A stretch of 29,399 bases of DNA, filler included, from an uncultured virus (IMG/VR IMGVR_UViG_2124908004_000021) (lineage: Duplodnaviria; Heunggongvirae; Uroviricota; Caudoviricetes). It is 2 parts of one record of this genome, joined end to end, with 100 filler letters (N's around TTAATTAATTAA, not from the genome) between each part and the next. Parts side by side here need not be neighbours in the genome. Positions count along the whole stretch, not along the records: positions 1 to 10,840 come from IMGVR_UViG_2124908004_000021; 1 more part is not named here. One strand, 5' to 3'. This document shows, in pieces, positions 1-10,072 of this stretch. Within the stretch, counting starts at the first letter, position 1, and each line of letters begins with the position of its first letter. Made by a program: the position numbers and the translations under genes. The notes under the pieces are model-generated. The model worked only from the letters and a program-made list of their open reading frames with translations, made no database searches and was not told the DNA's origin.

Positions 1-19
1 TGTGTATTCCTCCGTATTC

Positions 20-3000
20 TCAAACAATCTCGAACGAGATGGCCATTATGTTTTCCTGGGTATATGTTCCGGCCAACTTCGCGCGGACTTCATCCTGCAG
101 GCGCTCGTTCTGGGCGTCAATTTCATCTTCGCGCTCATATATCTCACGGCGCATTTTCTTACGCCTTTCCTCCAAGCGGCTGACCTCTTCCTTCATTTCC
201 AGCATATCGGCCAGCGTTCGGTCGGTGCTATTTTTGAATATACGCTTTTTTTCTGTAATTTCCTTGTTCAAGTCCTTTAGTTCGCGCTGTAATCCTTCTT
301 TGAGGTCTTCGCTGAAAGCGTCAAGTTTAGCGCACTCCTCGAGGAAGTATTTTTTATTTTCAGCTTCAATCCTCGCCTGCAGAGCTTCGGCATTGGCCTT
401 CCGCAGTTCCTCCATCTCGGCTGTGTTGTTTCCGAGATCACCTGTAACGGCTGCGGGCAATTCCATGATACGGTTTATCATATCAATATCGACCTTCGTG
501 CCATCCTCTGTGACAACCGTGAAGACAAGATGCTCTTCGGTTTCTACGCCAGTATAAATCAGCTTGTCCACCGACAGCTTTCCGCGGAGGTTTGAATGGC
601 TATTTAGGAAGGCAATGTTTCTACCGGAGTTTGTATAGTCAAAGCGTATTGATGATGCAGGTACAGGAGCCGCAATAGCTTCCTCCAGCCATTCTTTGCA
701 TAATGGGTCATCGCGACGCAGGAATATGTCGCCCTGGGCCTCAGCATCTTTCCACTTAAGGTTATACGTCGCGCTTGAACCGTTCTTCCGGTAGTGGATT
801 CTCCACTGGTCGAGAGGCTCTACCCGCTCGGCGCCCTGCATGATAAAGAAATGATAGAGCCACTGAGTAAATTTATCCAAACCTGCGATTGTGTCGGCTT
901 GGCATCCTTTGAGCCGGGCAGCGACCTCTTCATCAAAGTTTTCAAGGATAGATTGTCGGGCGGCCGTTATCTTCTCGTTTATGCGATCAGAAAGCTCTTC
1001 CTGCAGGACATCGAATTCCTCTTGGATAGCCGCCGTGCTTTTGCAGGTCTGATATATATTCGCGATGCGCTTCTCAAAATCGATCCCCGATTCGATAGAA
1101 CCAAGAACCTCATCCGAGGAGCCAAACAGCCCGGAGAAGAGCCGGAACTTCTGATCCAGCAATTCATAAACACGCACATCGGCAGCGTTCCTGACATTCA
1201 AGAAATTGATGACGACCACGTCATTTTTCTGTCCATAACGANNNNNNNNNNNNNNNNNNNNNNNNNNNNNNNNNNNNNNNNNNNNNNNNNNNNNNNNNNN
1301 NNNNNNNNNNNNNNNNNNNNNNNNNNNNNNNNNNNNNNNNNNNNNNNNNNNNNNNNNNNNNNNNNNNNNNNNNNNNNNNNNNNNNNNNNNNNNNNNNNNN
1401 NNNNNNNNNNNNNNNNNNNNNNNNNNNNNNNNNNNNNNNNNNNNNNNNNNNNNNNNNNNNNNNNNNNNNNNNNNNNNNNNNNNNNNNNNNNNNNNNNNNT
1501 AAGGCTGCAGAACTGAAGGTTGATACCCTCAGCAGCCGCTTCCGTCCCGATGAGTATACTGGCCCGGTCTCTGAATTCCTCCACAACGGCAGCCTTCATA
1601 TCAGCCTGCCGAGAACCGGATATCACACCGTCATTTTTATGCCGCTCTTTCCATTTTTCATATATCCGCTTAGAGATGTCGTCGTTGTTGGAGCCATTCA
1701 TGAATACGATTTCATCCGCGTAACCGTTATTTGAGAGCAGGTTAAGCAGATAATTCTGCGTCCGGCGCGACTCGGTGAATATAACGGCCTTACGCTGCCC
1801 GCCGCGCTTTTCGGTTTCAACAAAGCCTTTTTGGAGTGCAGTTAAAAGGTTGTCACCTTTGGCATTGTTCGTGATGCTCTTTGCGAGTCCCGCATACTCC
1901 CGCAATTTCTTAAGCTCGTCGGCTACACCCGCGCGGTCTTGCTCCAGGTCGGCGATTAACGGGTCTTCCGTTTCTTCCTGTTCCTCGACCAGCTCATCAT
2001 AGGTGTCATATTCGTCGTTCAGGTCAAGCTGTTCGTCGATTCCGCGAAGCAGAAATTCCAGCCGGTTGATGAGCGAATTCAGCGTGCCGGAGATAGCAAA
2101 GGATGACGATGCCAGCAATTTACGGAGGACAAGGGTAATCAAGGTTCGCTGCCCCTGCGGTAAGGCGTATAGCCTGTCGGAACGCAGATATTCCGAAACG
2201 AAGTTATACAGCTTCTCTTCGTCCGCTGTCGGAGTATATTCCTGCAGGATAGCGATGCGGCTCGTGTATCTGACGTACTCCACGACCTGTTGTCGCAGAG
2301 TGCGCTTACAAAACTGCGTAAGGCGAGTCTTGAGATTCCTGTTACGAACCTCTTCATTTGTTACCGAGACATACATCTCTTTGAATGTCCGGGCATCGCC
2401 GAAAACATGCTCGTCGATTATGCTTACCAAGCCAAAGAGCTCCATGAGGTTGTTTTGCAACGGAGTCGCAGTAAGCAGCAGCTTCCGCCTGCCGGAAAGC
2501 GCCCGCCTAAGCCTTGTCCCGGTCACGTTCCCTGATTTATAAACATTGCGGAGGCGGTGAGCCTCGTCGATGATGACCAAGTCCCACGGGATCGCACGGA
2601 CATCAAATTCCTTCAGCGAGGCGAAGTTGAAGGAACAGATTACAACCTCGTCCCTTATGTCAAACGGATTTATGGCGCCCTGCTTTTTCGCTTTGTTATA
2701 GTTCGCCGATTCAAGAATCGTCGACTTAATATAGAACTTCTCGTCCAGTTCAGTCCTCCACTGTGTACGGAGGGATGCCGGAACGATAAGCAGGATATGA
2801 CGTTTACGCTCTGACCAGCTTTGCGCAAGCACCAGGCCGGCTTCGATGGTTTTGCCAAGTCCAACTTCGTCCGCCAATAGAGCTCCGCTGGACAGCGGCG
2901 ATTTTAAAGCGAATAATGCAGCATCAACCTGATGAGGATTGAGATCAACCTTTACGCCGGACATAGCAGAAGCAAGCCCGTCAATACTCGATTGTGGGCG

Positions 3001-3057
3001 TTTCAATAAAACCTGTTCAGCAAAAAATCTCGCTTGGTGTGGTGTATACAACTCCAT
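20..3057 (-). CDS. SNF2-family helicase/ATPase with C-terminal coiled coil (one gene spanning the N gap 1242-1499)
   Basis: LLADEVGLGKT, DEAH, LTATPLQN, EAAAEGINLQFCS; after the gap the frame reads RYGQKNDVVVINFLN into ORF 20..1219. A minus-strand GGAGG at 9-13 suggests another gene follows outside the window. Confidence 0.9.
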
Positions 3058-3079
3058 CGCGCTTCTCCTCGTAGCTCAT

Positions 3080-3292
3080 CTATCTTTTAGCGTCGTCACT
3101 GATTTCCATGATGTCAGCAATGTCGCAATTCAGAGCTTTACATATTTTCTCGAGGATATCGGTGTTTACATTTTCGTTCTTACCCAGCTTCGTAATGGAT
3201 GCCGAACTGATCCCGGCCAGCGTCTGGAGGTCTTTTTTCTTCATGTCTTTATCGATGAGGAGTTTCCAAAGTTTTTTATAGCTGATAGCCAT
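3080..3292 (-). CDS. Cro/C1-type HTH transcriptional regulator (HTH_26-like)
   Basis: MAISYKKLWKLLIDKDMKKKDL...ILEKICKALNCDIADIME; GAGG RBS upstream of ATG 3292. Confidence 0.9.
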   Translation of the reverse strand: MAISYKKLWKLLIDKDMKKKDLQTLAGISSASITKLGKNENVNTDILEKICKALNCDIADIMEISDDAKR

Positions 3293-3448
3293 ATTCCTCA
3301 CCTCGCTTTCATCCATTTATTGCATTTATAGTATAACAGTCAAATTGTGAAATTTCAAGAGTAAATCGAGCGAACGCAGGAATTATTGGATTTATCTCTT
3401 GAATCGTTCCGATGTAAATGATATACTCCATATATTGGGGGGATACGG

Positions 3449-3994
3449 GTGATCTTAATTTGCGGCATACACGGCGTCGGAAAATCCTATTTTTGCGATA
3501 AAGTTAAGGCCGAGTTGGGCCTGCAAACATATTCGGCTAGCGCATTAATCACCGAACGTAAAAAATCAGGATTTTCAAGCGACAAATTGATCCCTGATAT
3601 CGATGATAATCAGCAGTACCTGCTTTCCGCGATTCAGGACTTGAACAACACCGACCCTTTATATCTTCTCGATGGCCATTTTTGCTTATTGAATGCCCGT
3701 GGACGGGTAACCCGAATCCCGGAGGAAACCTTTACTGCGCTTAACCCGGATGCGATTGTTCTTTTGACAGAAAGCCCGGAGGTCATTGCTGAAAGGAGGC
3801 GCCAGCGTGACGGAATTGAGCATAGCGAAGGTGAGATACGCGAATTCCAGAATGAGGAGATCGCATATGCTAAGGAAATAGCCGAAAAACTCGATATATC
3901 TATGAAGGTTTCCATGGGCGCCCACGACTTAGCCGACACGCTCCGTTTCGTACAGGCTACAATTAGGAGGGTATTTGATGGCAGGCAAATTTGA
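3449..3994 (+). CDS. Nucleotide-kinase-like P-loop protein (adenylate kinase / AAA_17-18-like)
   Basis: N-terminal GIHGVGKS P-loop, LLDGHF motif, 181 aa, GGGGGA RBS before GTG. Confidence 0.8.
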   Translation: MILICGIHGVGKSYFCDKVKAELGLQTYSASALITERKKSGFSSDKLIPDIDDNQQYLLSAIQDLNNTDPLYLLDGHFCLLNARGRVTRIPEETFTALNPDAIVLLTESPEVIAERRRQRDGIEHSEGEIREFQNEEIAYAKEIAEKLDISMKVSMGAHDLADTLRFVQATIRRVFDGRQI

Positions 3995-5050
3995 ATGGAT
4001 GAAGTTCAGTGATGTGAACCTAAGCGATGTCTTCTTTGACCCGTTAAAAGCCGATTATGAAGAATTCCCGATATGGTTTCAAAAAAAACGTGATGCAGAC
4101 GAAAATGTACTTGTGTTCAATGACGATCAAGGCATTGGCTCCTTTGTCTATTTAAAAAAGAGACCGAACAAATACCCTTGACTGACCGACTTTTACCCGC
4201 AATTCCTCGTTTGAAAATCGGGACATTGCGCCTGGCTGAACGCTTCAGAGGACAGCGATTCGGCGAAGGCGCTTTAGGCGTTTCCCTTTGGTACTGGAAA
4301 AACACAAAGGCAGATGAGATCTATGTCACGGTTTTTGATAAGCATACCGAGCTCATCCACCTTTTTGAGCGGTTCGGGTTTCAGTGTACAGGAAATAACC
4401 CACGTGGGGAGTTAGTATATATTAAGAGACGACAGGCGCTCGACTACAGCGATCCCTATACCTGCTTTCCGTTTATTAGCCCCACGATTGACAAGGCGGG
4501 GATCGTGCCTATCTTTGATCACTTCCATGACCGGTTGTTTCCATATTCGGAATTGAAGGGACGGAACCAGGAGGTCATCGAAGAGACAGCCGGTAACGGC
4601 GTGACGAAAGTCTATATCGGTACACCTGCCAGCGCTATGCATTATAGCGCTGGCGAGCCAGTATTCATTTATAGGATACATACTGGCACGGGAACAAAAA
4701 CTTATAAATCGGTGGTCACATCCTTTTGCACCATCACGAAAGTTGACATCATCAAGAATGTCGGTAAAGTCATGATGAGCCTTGAGGAGTTTATCAAAAA
4801 CGCGGGGAATAAGACCGTTTTCACGGCGGCAGAACTAACCGCGCTTTATAATAACAAAAAAAGTAATCTGATTATGATTGAGATGGTATACAACGGTTTT
4901 TTCGGTAAGGGTAAAAACGTAACCCATAGAAGCCTCGATGATCAGGGCTTGTTTGCCTCATACCCCTATAACATTGAATATACCAAGGCTCAATTCGAAA
5001 AAATATTAGAAATGGGTGGCATAGATGTGTCGAATGTTATTATCAATTAA
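3978..5050 (+). CDS. GNAT acetyltransferase with probable C-terminal PUA/EVE-like domain (frameshift at A6 4154-4159)
   Basis: AGGAGG RBS; KIGTLRLAERFRGQRFGE acetyl-CoA motif A. Adding one A joins YLKK to ETEQIPLTDRLLP and fuses ORFs 3975..4181 and 4178..5050. Confidence 0.8.
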
Positions 5051-5402
5051 CCCAGAGCATGTTGAAAACATACTGCTCGGTACCAAGCGCTTCGAGTTTA
5101 GGAAAGTCCGGTGCAAATCTGATGTAGATAAAATCCTTATCTACGCGACGGCACCTGAAAAGATGGTCGTCGCCGAAGCGGAAGTAGAGGCTATTATTGA
5201 GGGCGACATCGAAACCGTGTGGGGTATCACCTGCGAGTATTCTGGCATCTCCTACGATTTTTATGTCTCTTATTATGAAGGCAAAGATAAGGCGGTCGCC
5301 TATAAACTACGAAAAGTGAGAAAATACGAGGAGCCTAAGCCGTTATCCGAATTCGGCCTCCGCTTCGCACCGCAATCCTTTGTATACTTAGCAGCAACAT
5401 AA
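5025..5402 (+). CDS. ASCH-domain protein
   Basis: LLSINPEHVENILLGTKRFEFRK...IYATAP signature; overlaps the GNAT stop. Confidence 0.9.
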   Translation: MCRMLLSINPEHVENILLGTKRFEFRKVRCKSDVDKILIYATAPEKMVVAEAEVEAIIEGDIETVWGITCEYSGISYDFYVSYYEGKDKAVAYKLRKVRKYEEPKPLSEFGLRFAPQSFVYLAAT

Positions 5403-5410
5403 GAGCTTAC

Positions 5411-5443
5411 AAATCACGCTGGAGAAAACAGCGTGATTTTTTT
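5411..5443 (+). terminator. Rho-independent terminator of the kinase-GNAT-ASCH operon
   Basis: AAATCACGCTG / CAGCGTGATTT stem followed by T run. Confidence 0.8.
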
Positions 5444-5456
5444 ATGTTCAGCCCTA

Positions 5457-5485
5457 TTGACACCCATTTATAGCAATGCTATAAT
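5457..5485 (+). promoter_or_regulatory. Consensus sigmaA promoter for the XRE/ImmA module
   Basis: TTGACA-17 bp-TATAAT with extended TG; inverted repeat AGAAGCG-tatt-CGCTTCT at 5511-5528 may be an operator. Confidence 0.8.
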
Positions 5486-5550
5486 TATTCGCAGATAAGC
5501 GTAGTAGCGGAGAAGCGTATTCGCTTCTTTAAGAAAGGAGCATCACATTT

Positions 5551-5934
5551 ATGGCAGGTGAATTTGGAAGATTCATCGATGAAAAGCGCAGAGGGAGAGC
5601 TGCCGATGGCGGCGATATCATGCTGAAGGACATTGCAAAGGCAATGGAGATGACGGCTACCTATCTGTCTGACATTATCAAGGGAAGGCGTAATCCCCCG
5701 GAGATGCGTTTGCTGGAGAAGATTGCGGAGGTACTTCAGCTGTCACCCGAAGAGAAGGCTGAGATGTTTGACCTTGCTGGACGTGAACGCGATGAGGCCG
5801 CCCCAGACCTCCCCGGCTATATCATGAACGAAGACATTCCGCATGTTCGAGTGGCATTACGCCGGGCGAATGACAAAAACCTCGGAGATGATTTCTGGAA
5901 GAAAGTCGTAGAGAACATGGATAGTGAGGAGTGA
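5551..5934 (+). CDS. XRE-family HTH repressor
   Basis: LKDIAKAMEMTATYLSDIIKGRRNPP; AAGGAG RBS. Confidence 0.85.
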   Translation: MAGEFGRFIDEKRRGRAADGGDIMLKDIAKAMEMTATYLSDIIKGRRNPPEMRLLEKIAEVLQLSPEEKAEMFDLAGRERDEAAPDLPGYIMNEDIPHVRVALRRANDKNLGDDFWKKVVENMDSEE

Positions 5935-5940
5935 TTTTCA

Positions 5941-6312
5941 ATGGACAAGGCTCAGCCGTCAGCGTTAGACCGATTAATCGACAAGAAATGCTTTGATGTC
6001 ATTTACGGAGCACTCGAAGGCTATATCGAGGACAACATAGACAGTTTGGAGCTGTCATCGCACTGCGTCCAAGAGCCGGATGGAGCGCAACTTATAGACA
6101 TGGAGGTTATCAGAACTAATGGCGGCACCTCTGAGGATGATACCATAACGTTTGAAGTCATCGTCAGCTGCGAGATTGAAATTGAGGAGACCGTAAGGCG
6201 GAACCGCGAAACAGACAGCGTGATGCAGTGGTTCAGGGTACGTTGCAAGGCCGAGCTTTTGGAGGGCCTTAAAAACCTCAAGGTTACCAGCGTAGAAGTG
6301 TATTCGAAATAG
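5941..6312 (+). CDS. Acidic hypothetical protein between XRE and ImmA
   Basis: 123-aa ORF, GAGGAG RBS, tightly packed in operon. Confidence 0.7.
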   Translation: MDKAQPSALDRLIDKKCFDVIYGALEGYIEDNIDSLELSSHCVQEPDGAQLIDMEVIRTNGGTSEDDTITFEVIVSCEIEIEETVRRNRETDSVMQWFRVRCKAELLEGLKNLKVTSVEVYSK

Positions 6313-6323
6313 GAGGGTACTGT

Positions 6324-6861
6324 ATGGCGAAAAGCGTTACAAACAACCTCGTCCCCGTTATCGGCAAAAATGAATTCGATAATGAGGCCACCGCATTTCT
6401 AACCCGCTATTGTCCTGAAGCGTTGGGCACGCCAATGGCTGTCCCGATCAGAACCATAGCGGAGAAAAAGATGGGCCTCACCATACTCGAAAATCGGTTG
6501 ACGGAGGATTTCAGTATCTTTGGACAGATGTGCTTTACCGCTGGGATCGCAGAGATTTATGACCGTAATGAAGAGGAGTATCGCGAAATTACGGTCAAGC
6601 AAGGGACGATGATCATCGACCCCGATACCCTTCTGGAGAGGAATCTTGGCTGCATGAATAACACGATCACCCATGAATCCTTCCACTGGTTCAAGCACCG
6701 GAACTATCATATTTTACAGAGCGTCATCGACGGAAAACGTTCTGTGGCGTTCCACTGCCCGTCCAATCCTAAAAGCGAAAAAATGAAAAAGGTCTGGACG
6801 GACGAGGACTGGATGGAATGGCAGGCCAACGGTATCGCCCCCAGGATACTTATGCCACAGC
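6324..6861 (+). CDS. ImmA/IrrE-family metallopeptidase (3' end lost in gap 6862-7237)
   Basis: THESFHW (HExxH) and EWQANGIAPRILMP motifs; AGGAGG RBS. Confidence 0.88.
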
Positions 6862-7345
6862 NNNNNNNNNNNNNNNNNNNNNNNNNNNNNNNNNNNNNNN
6901 NNNNNNNNNNNNNNNNNNNNNNNNNNNNNNNNNNNNNNNNNNNNNNNNNNNNNNNNNNNNNNNNNNNNNNNNNNNNNNNNNNNNNNNNNNNNNNNNNNNN
7001 NNNNNNNNNNNNNNNNNNNNNNNNNNNNNNNNNNNNNNNNNNNNNNNNNNNNNNNNNNNNNNNNNNNNNNNNNNNNNNNNNNNNNNNNNNNNNNNNNNNN
7101 NNNNNNNNNNNNNNNNNNNNNNNNNNNNNNNNNNNNNNNNNNNNNNNNNNNNNNNNNNNNNNNNNNNNNNNNNNNNNNNNNNNNNNNNNNNNNNNNNNNN
7201 NNNNNNNNNNNNNNNNNNNNNNNNNNNNNNNNNNNNNGGGTACCTTACCTTATAATCAGGTGCCCTTCATATGCAGAACAAATTTTTTACCGTGAAACTT
7301 CGCTAAACAGCGTTACAGCGGTATGACGAATGAAGGAAGAATTCT

Positions 7346-7501
7346 ATGGCGCAAATGATGAAATGTCCGAGCTGCGGGCGAAGAGCCTTTGATATATCGA
7401 AGCTACCGAAAGAAAAGATTGAAGTCACGCTTAAGTGCCCCCAGTGCAAGAAACTCGTCACGATTCCTTGCACAGTAGAATGCGAATATAGGCCGCCGTA
7501 G
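7346..7501 (+). CDS. Small zinc-ribbon protein, 51 aa (not in ORF track)
   Basis: MAQMMKCPSCGRRAFD...LKCPQCKKLV, two CxxC pairs. Confidence 0.7.
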   Translation: MAQMMKCPSCGRRAFDISKLPKEKIEVTLKCPQCKKLVTIPCTVECEYRPP

Positions 7502-7546
7502 ATAAACCCGCACAATCTATGATGCGGCGAAAGGAGGTGAATCCAG

Positions 7547-7690
7547 ATGGCAAAGTCCAACCGCAAGCAGACATCCCCCGTTGTTGCCCGTAAGGCATCA
7601 TCCTTGCTGCGTGACGGCCGCACCAGCGCGAAGACAAAATCCGTCGCTGGCAGCGCGTTATCCCAGACGAAGCCCTCCCCTAAGAAGTAA
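7547..7690 (+). CDS. Small basic protein, 47 aa (not in ORF track)
   Basis: AGGAGGTGA RBS; MAKSNRKQTSPVVARKASSLLRDGRTSAKTKSVAGSALSQTKPSPKK. Confidence 0.75.
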   Translation: MAKSNRKQTSPVVARKASSLLRDGRTSAKTKSVAGSALSQTKPSPKK

Positions 7691-7723
7691 CAACTGAATA
7701 CCCATGTTCATACCGAGCAACGG

Positions 7724-7853
7724 AGCCGAGCGCGAGTTACCAAATGGCCGGATGAGTTACGGAATGCAGATTCCTAACCATCCGGCTGTTTGCGTTTCGT
7801 AGCGCCCGGCTTTTTATATATCGCAGCTTGGCTCCTGATTTGAAAGGAGCCAA
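7724..7853 (+). promoter_or_regulatory. Structured leader: long hairpin with T run, then an RBS-sequestering hairpin
   Basis: GCCGGATG(7747)/CATCCGGC(7779) with inner GTTA/TAAC and GGAAT/ATTCC; outer AGCCG-GCGC/GCGC-CGGCT then T run; TTGGCTCCT(7828)/AGGAGCCAA(7845) covers the SD. Confidence 0.55.
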
Positions 7854-7856
7854 ACA

Positions 7857-8354
7857 ATGCAAAGACACGTAAAAACAGGTAAAAAGAATCGTACCTCCTA
7901 CATCTACTACGACGAAAACGGTAACAAGCTCATGGAGCTCTTCCCCGGTGAAAACGGCGTTACCGAAGCAGATATCGAACGACTCCACGCAATGGACGAT
8001 GCCGAAGTCGATGAGCACCGCCGTTACGATTACCACGTTACCGAGCATCTGGACGCCACCCGCAACAAAGAGGGTGAGGACATAACTGACCATAACAAAC
8101 GCCTGGCCGATAATCGGACAAACCCGGAAGCTGTCCTCATTGCCCAGGAAGACGACGCAGCCTACGCGGAAACGCTGTTTAGGCTCACCGAAGCCATGAG
8201 CGGCCTGCAGCCCCAGCAGCGTGAGCTTTTCGAGAAGGTTTATATTCACCGCCGCAGCTATACTTCCATCGCTGCCGAGGAGGGTGTGACTGAGGCCGCG
8301 ATCCGGAATCGCCTGAAGAAGGTACACGAAAAGCTAAAAAAAATCCTTCGTTAA
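7857..8354 (+). CDS. Sigma-70 region 4-type HTH protein (phage/ICE sigma-like regulator)
   Basis: LQPQQRELFEKVYIHRRSYTSIAAEEGVTEAAIRNRLKK. Confidence 0.85.
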   Translation: MQRHVKTGKKNRTSYIYYDENGNKLMELFPGENGVTEADIERLHAMDDAEVDEHRRYDYHVTEHLDATRNKEGEDITDHNKRLADNRTNPEAVLIAQEDDAAYAETLFRLTEAMSGLQPQQRELFEKVYIHRRSYTSIAAEEGVTEAAIRNRLKKVHEKLKKILR

Positions 8355-8430
8355 GGGGGGTTCGAAAAGGCCAATTTCTTCGCATATCGCCAAGGGGAAG
8401 AAAACACCCCTCGGAAAGGAGGACGAAGAA

Positions 8431-8670
8431 ATGGGCCTAAAACACAAAGTTACCATCAACGTAGCCAAACCCGGCGGTATCCGCAATCCCGTGCTGAAGA
8501 GCGGTTCGGGCAGATTCCGCAGCAGGCTCTTAAATCTGCTGTTCGGCGAGAAGGTCGGCGTCATCGTAATCACGCCCGGCGACTCGGTGGAAACGGTGGA
8601 GATCAAGGAGATTAAGGAAGGAGGTACGGAGCATGAGCAAAATCAAGCTGCTTCTGGACGTAGTCTCTGA
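8431..8670 (+). CDS. Phage-associated hypothetical protein
   Basis: AGGAGG RBS; VITPGDSVETVEIKE; lies in replication operon. Confidence 0.7.
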   Translation: MGLKHKVTINVAKPGGIRNPVLKSGSGRFRSRLLNLLFGEKVGVIVITPGDSVETVEIKEIKEGGTEHEQNQAASGRSL

Positions 8671-8944
8671 CCTGCGCTCGCTGGCCGACAGCGTACAGGC
8701 AGTGGCAAATGCGATGGCGGACAATGAACCTACCGAAGCCCTGCAACCGAAAACGCCTGCTCCGGCGCTCGAGACAAAGCCGGTCTCGTTGGAGCAAGTC
8801 CGCTCGGTGCTGGCTGAAAAGTCCCAGGACGGCTTCACGGTTGAGGTTCGCAGACTGTTGGAGAAGCACGGCGCCACAAAGCTGTCACGGATCAACCCCA
8901 GTGAGTATTCGACCCTTTTGCTGGAAGCGGAGGCATTGAAATGA
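8633..8944 (+). CDS. Phage-associated hypothetical protein
   Basis: GGAGGT RBS; LEQVRSVLAEKSQDGFTVEVRRLLEKHGATKLS; ATGA coupling to next gene. Confidence 0.8.
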   Translation: MSKIKLLLDVVSDLRSLADSVQAVANAMADNEPTEALQPKTPAPALETKPVSLEQVRSVLAEKSQDGFTVEVRRLLEKHGATKLSRINPSEYSTLLLEAEALK

Positions 8945-10068
8945 GTGCTCATGCTATCCTATCAGCTTCCGGCGCCCACCGCTGGATGGCTTGCACGCCG
9001 TCGGCTCGTCTGGAACTGGAGTTTGATGATAACTCCGGCACCGCAGCTGAAGAAGGCTCAGCCGCCCATGCAATGGCGGAACACAAACTGCGCAAGACCC
9101 TGAAGATGCGTTCCAAGAAGGCATTTTCCAAGTACGACTGCAGCGAGATGGACACCCACACGGACGACTATGTTTCCTTCGTAATGGAACAGATCGCCCA
9201 GGCGAAACAGACCTGCGTTGACCCAATGATCCTGATCGAGCAGAAACTGGATTTCTCTAGGTATGTAAAAGACGGCTTCGGCACCGGCGACTTCGTGCTC
9301 ATCGCTGATGGGACGCTCCATATCGTTGATTTCAAGTATGGGCAGGGTGTTCTGGTCGAAGCCGAGGACAACCCACAAATGAAGCTGTACGCTCTTGGCG
9401 CCCTGGAACTGTTCGACGGTATCTACGACATCGAACAAATCGCCTTGTCGGTTTTTCAACCTCGCCGAGAGAATGTTTCAACATGGGTTACATCGAAGGA
9501 ATCCCTCTGTCAGTGGGCGGTGGAAGTCCTGAAACCCACGGCAGCCCTCGCCTATGACGGTGGCGGCGAGTATATCCCCGGTGAGCACTGCCAGTTCTGC
9601 CGTGCGGCTGTCAAGTGCCGGGCGCGAGCTGAAGCTAAGATGAAGCTGGCCGCATTCGAATTCGCCCTACCGCCACTGCTCTCCGACGAGGATATCTCCG
9701 AGGTGCTGGCCACCCTCGGTGATCTGACCAGCTGGGCCAATGAGATCGTGGCTTACGCCACGGACGGCGCCGTGAATCACGGCAAGCAATGGCCCGGTTT
9801 CAAAGTGGTCGAAGGCCGCTCCAACCGTAAGTATTCCGACGAGGAAGCCGTTGCGGAGGCGGTAAAGGCAGCCGGGTACCGCAACATTTACAAGCAAAGC
9901 CTCATCACCATCACCGAGATGGAGAAGTTGATGGGCAAACCCAAGTTTTCCGAAGTCCTGGGCGGTCTTGTCATCAAGCCGTCGGGCAAGCCGACGCTGG
10001 TTCCGCTCTCGGATAAGCGTCCGCCTATGAATTCATCCAACGCCAAAATTGATTTTATGGAGGAATAA
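8941..10068 (+). CDS. DUF2800-family phage PD-(D/E)XK nuclease
   Basis: HAILSASGAHRWMACTPS, FGTGD...IVDFKYG, NPQMKLYALGA, HCQFC..C. Confidence 0.85.
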   Translation: MSAHAILSASGAHRWMACTPSARLELEFDDNSGTAAEEGSAAHAMAEHKLRKTLKMRSKKAFSKYDCSEMDTHTDDYVSFVMEQIAQAKQTCVDPMILIEQKLDFSRYVKDGFGTGDFVLIADGTLHIVDFKYGQGVLVEAEDNPQMKLYALGALELFDGIYDIEQIALSVFQPRRENVSTWVTSKESLCQWAVEVLKPTAALAYDGGGEYIPGEHCQFCRAAVKCRARAEAKMKLAAFEFALPPLLSDEDISEVLATLGDLTSWANEIVAYATDGAVNHGKQWPGFKVVEGRSNRKYSDEEAVAEAVKAAGYRNIYKQSLITITEMEKLMGKPKFSEVLGGLVIKPSGKPTLVPLSDKRPPMNSSNAKIDFMEE

Positions 10069-10072
10069 GACC

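Noticed and set aside
2..3331. Plus-strand ORFs over the SNF2/HTH genes, and similar antisense ORFs across 7303-10356 and 27996-29373
   Set aside because: Shadows of well-supported opposite-strand genes with no recognisable motifs.
8941..10068. Cas4-like nuclease as evidence of CRISPR-Cas
   Set aside because: It sits in the usual DUF2800-DUF2815-PolA phage replication context with no array.
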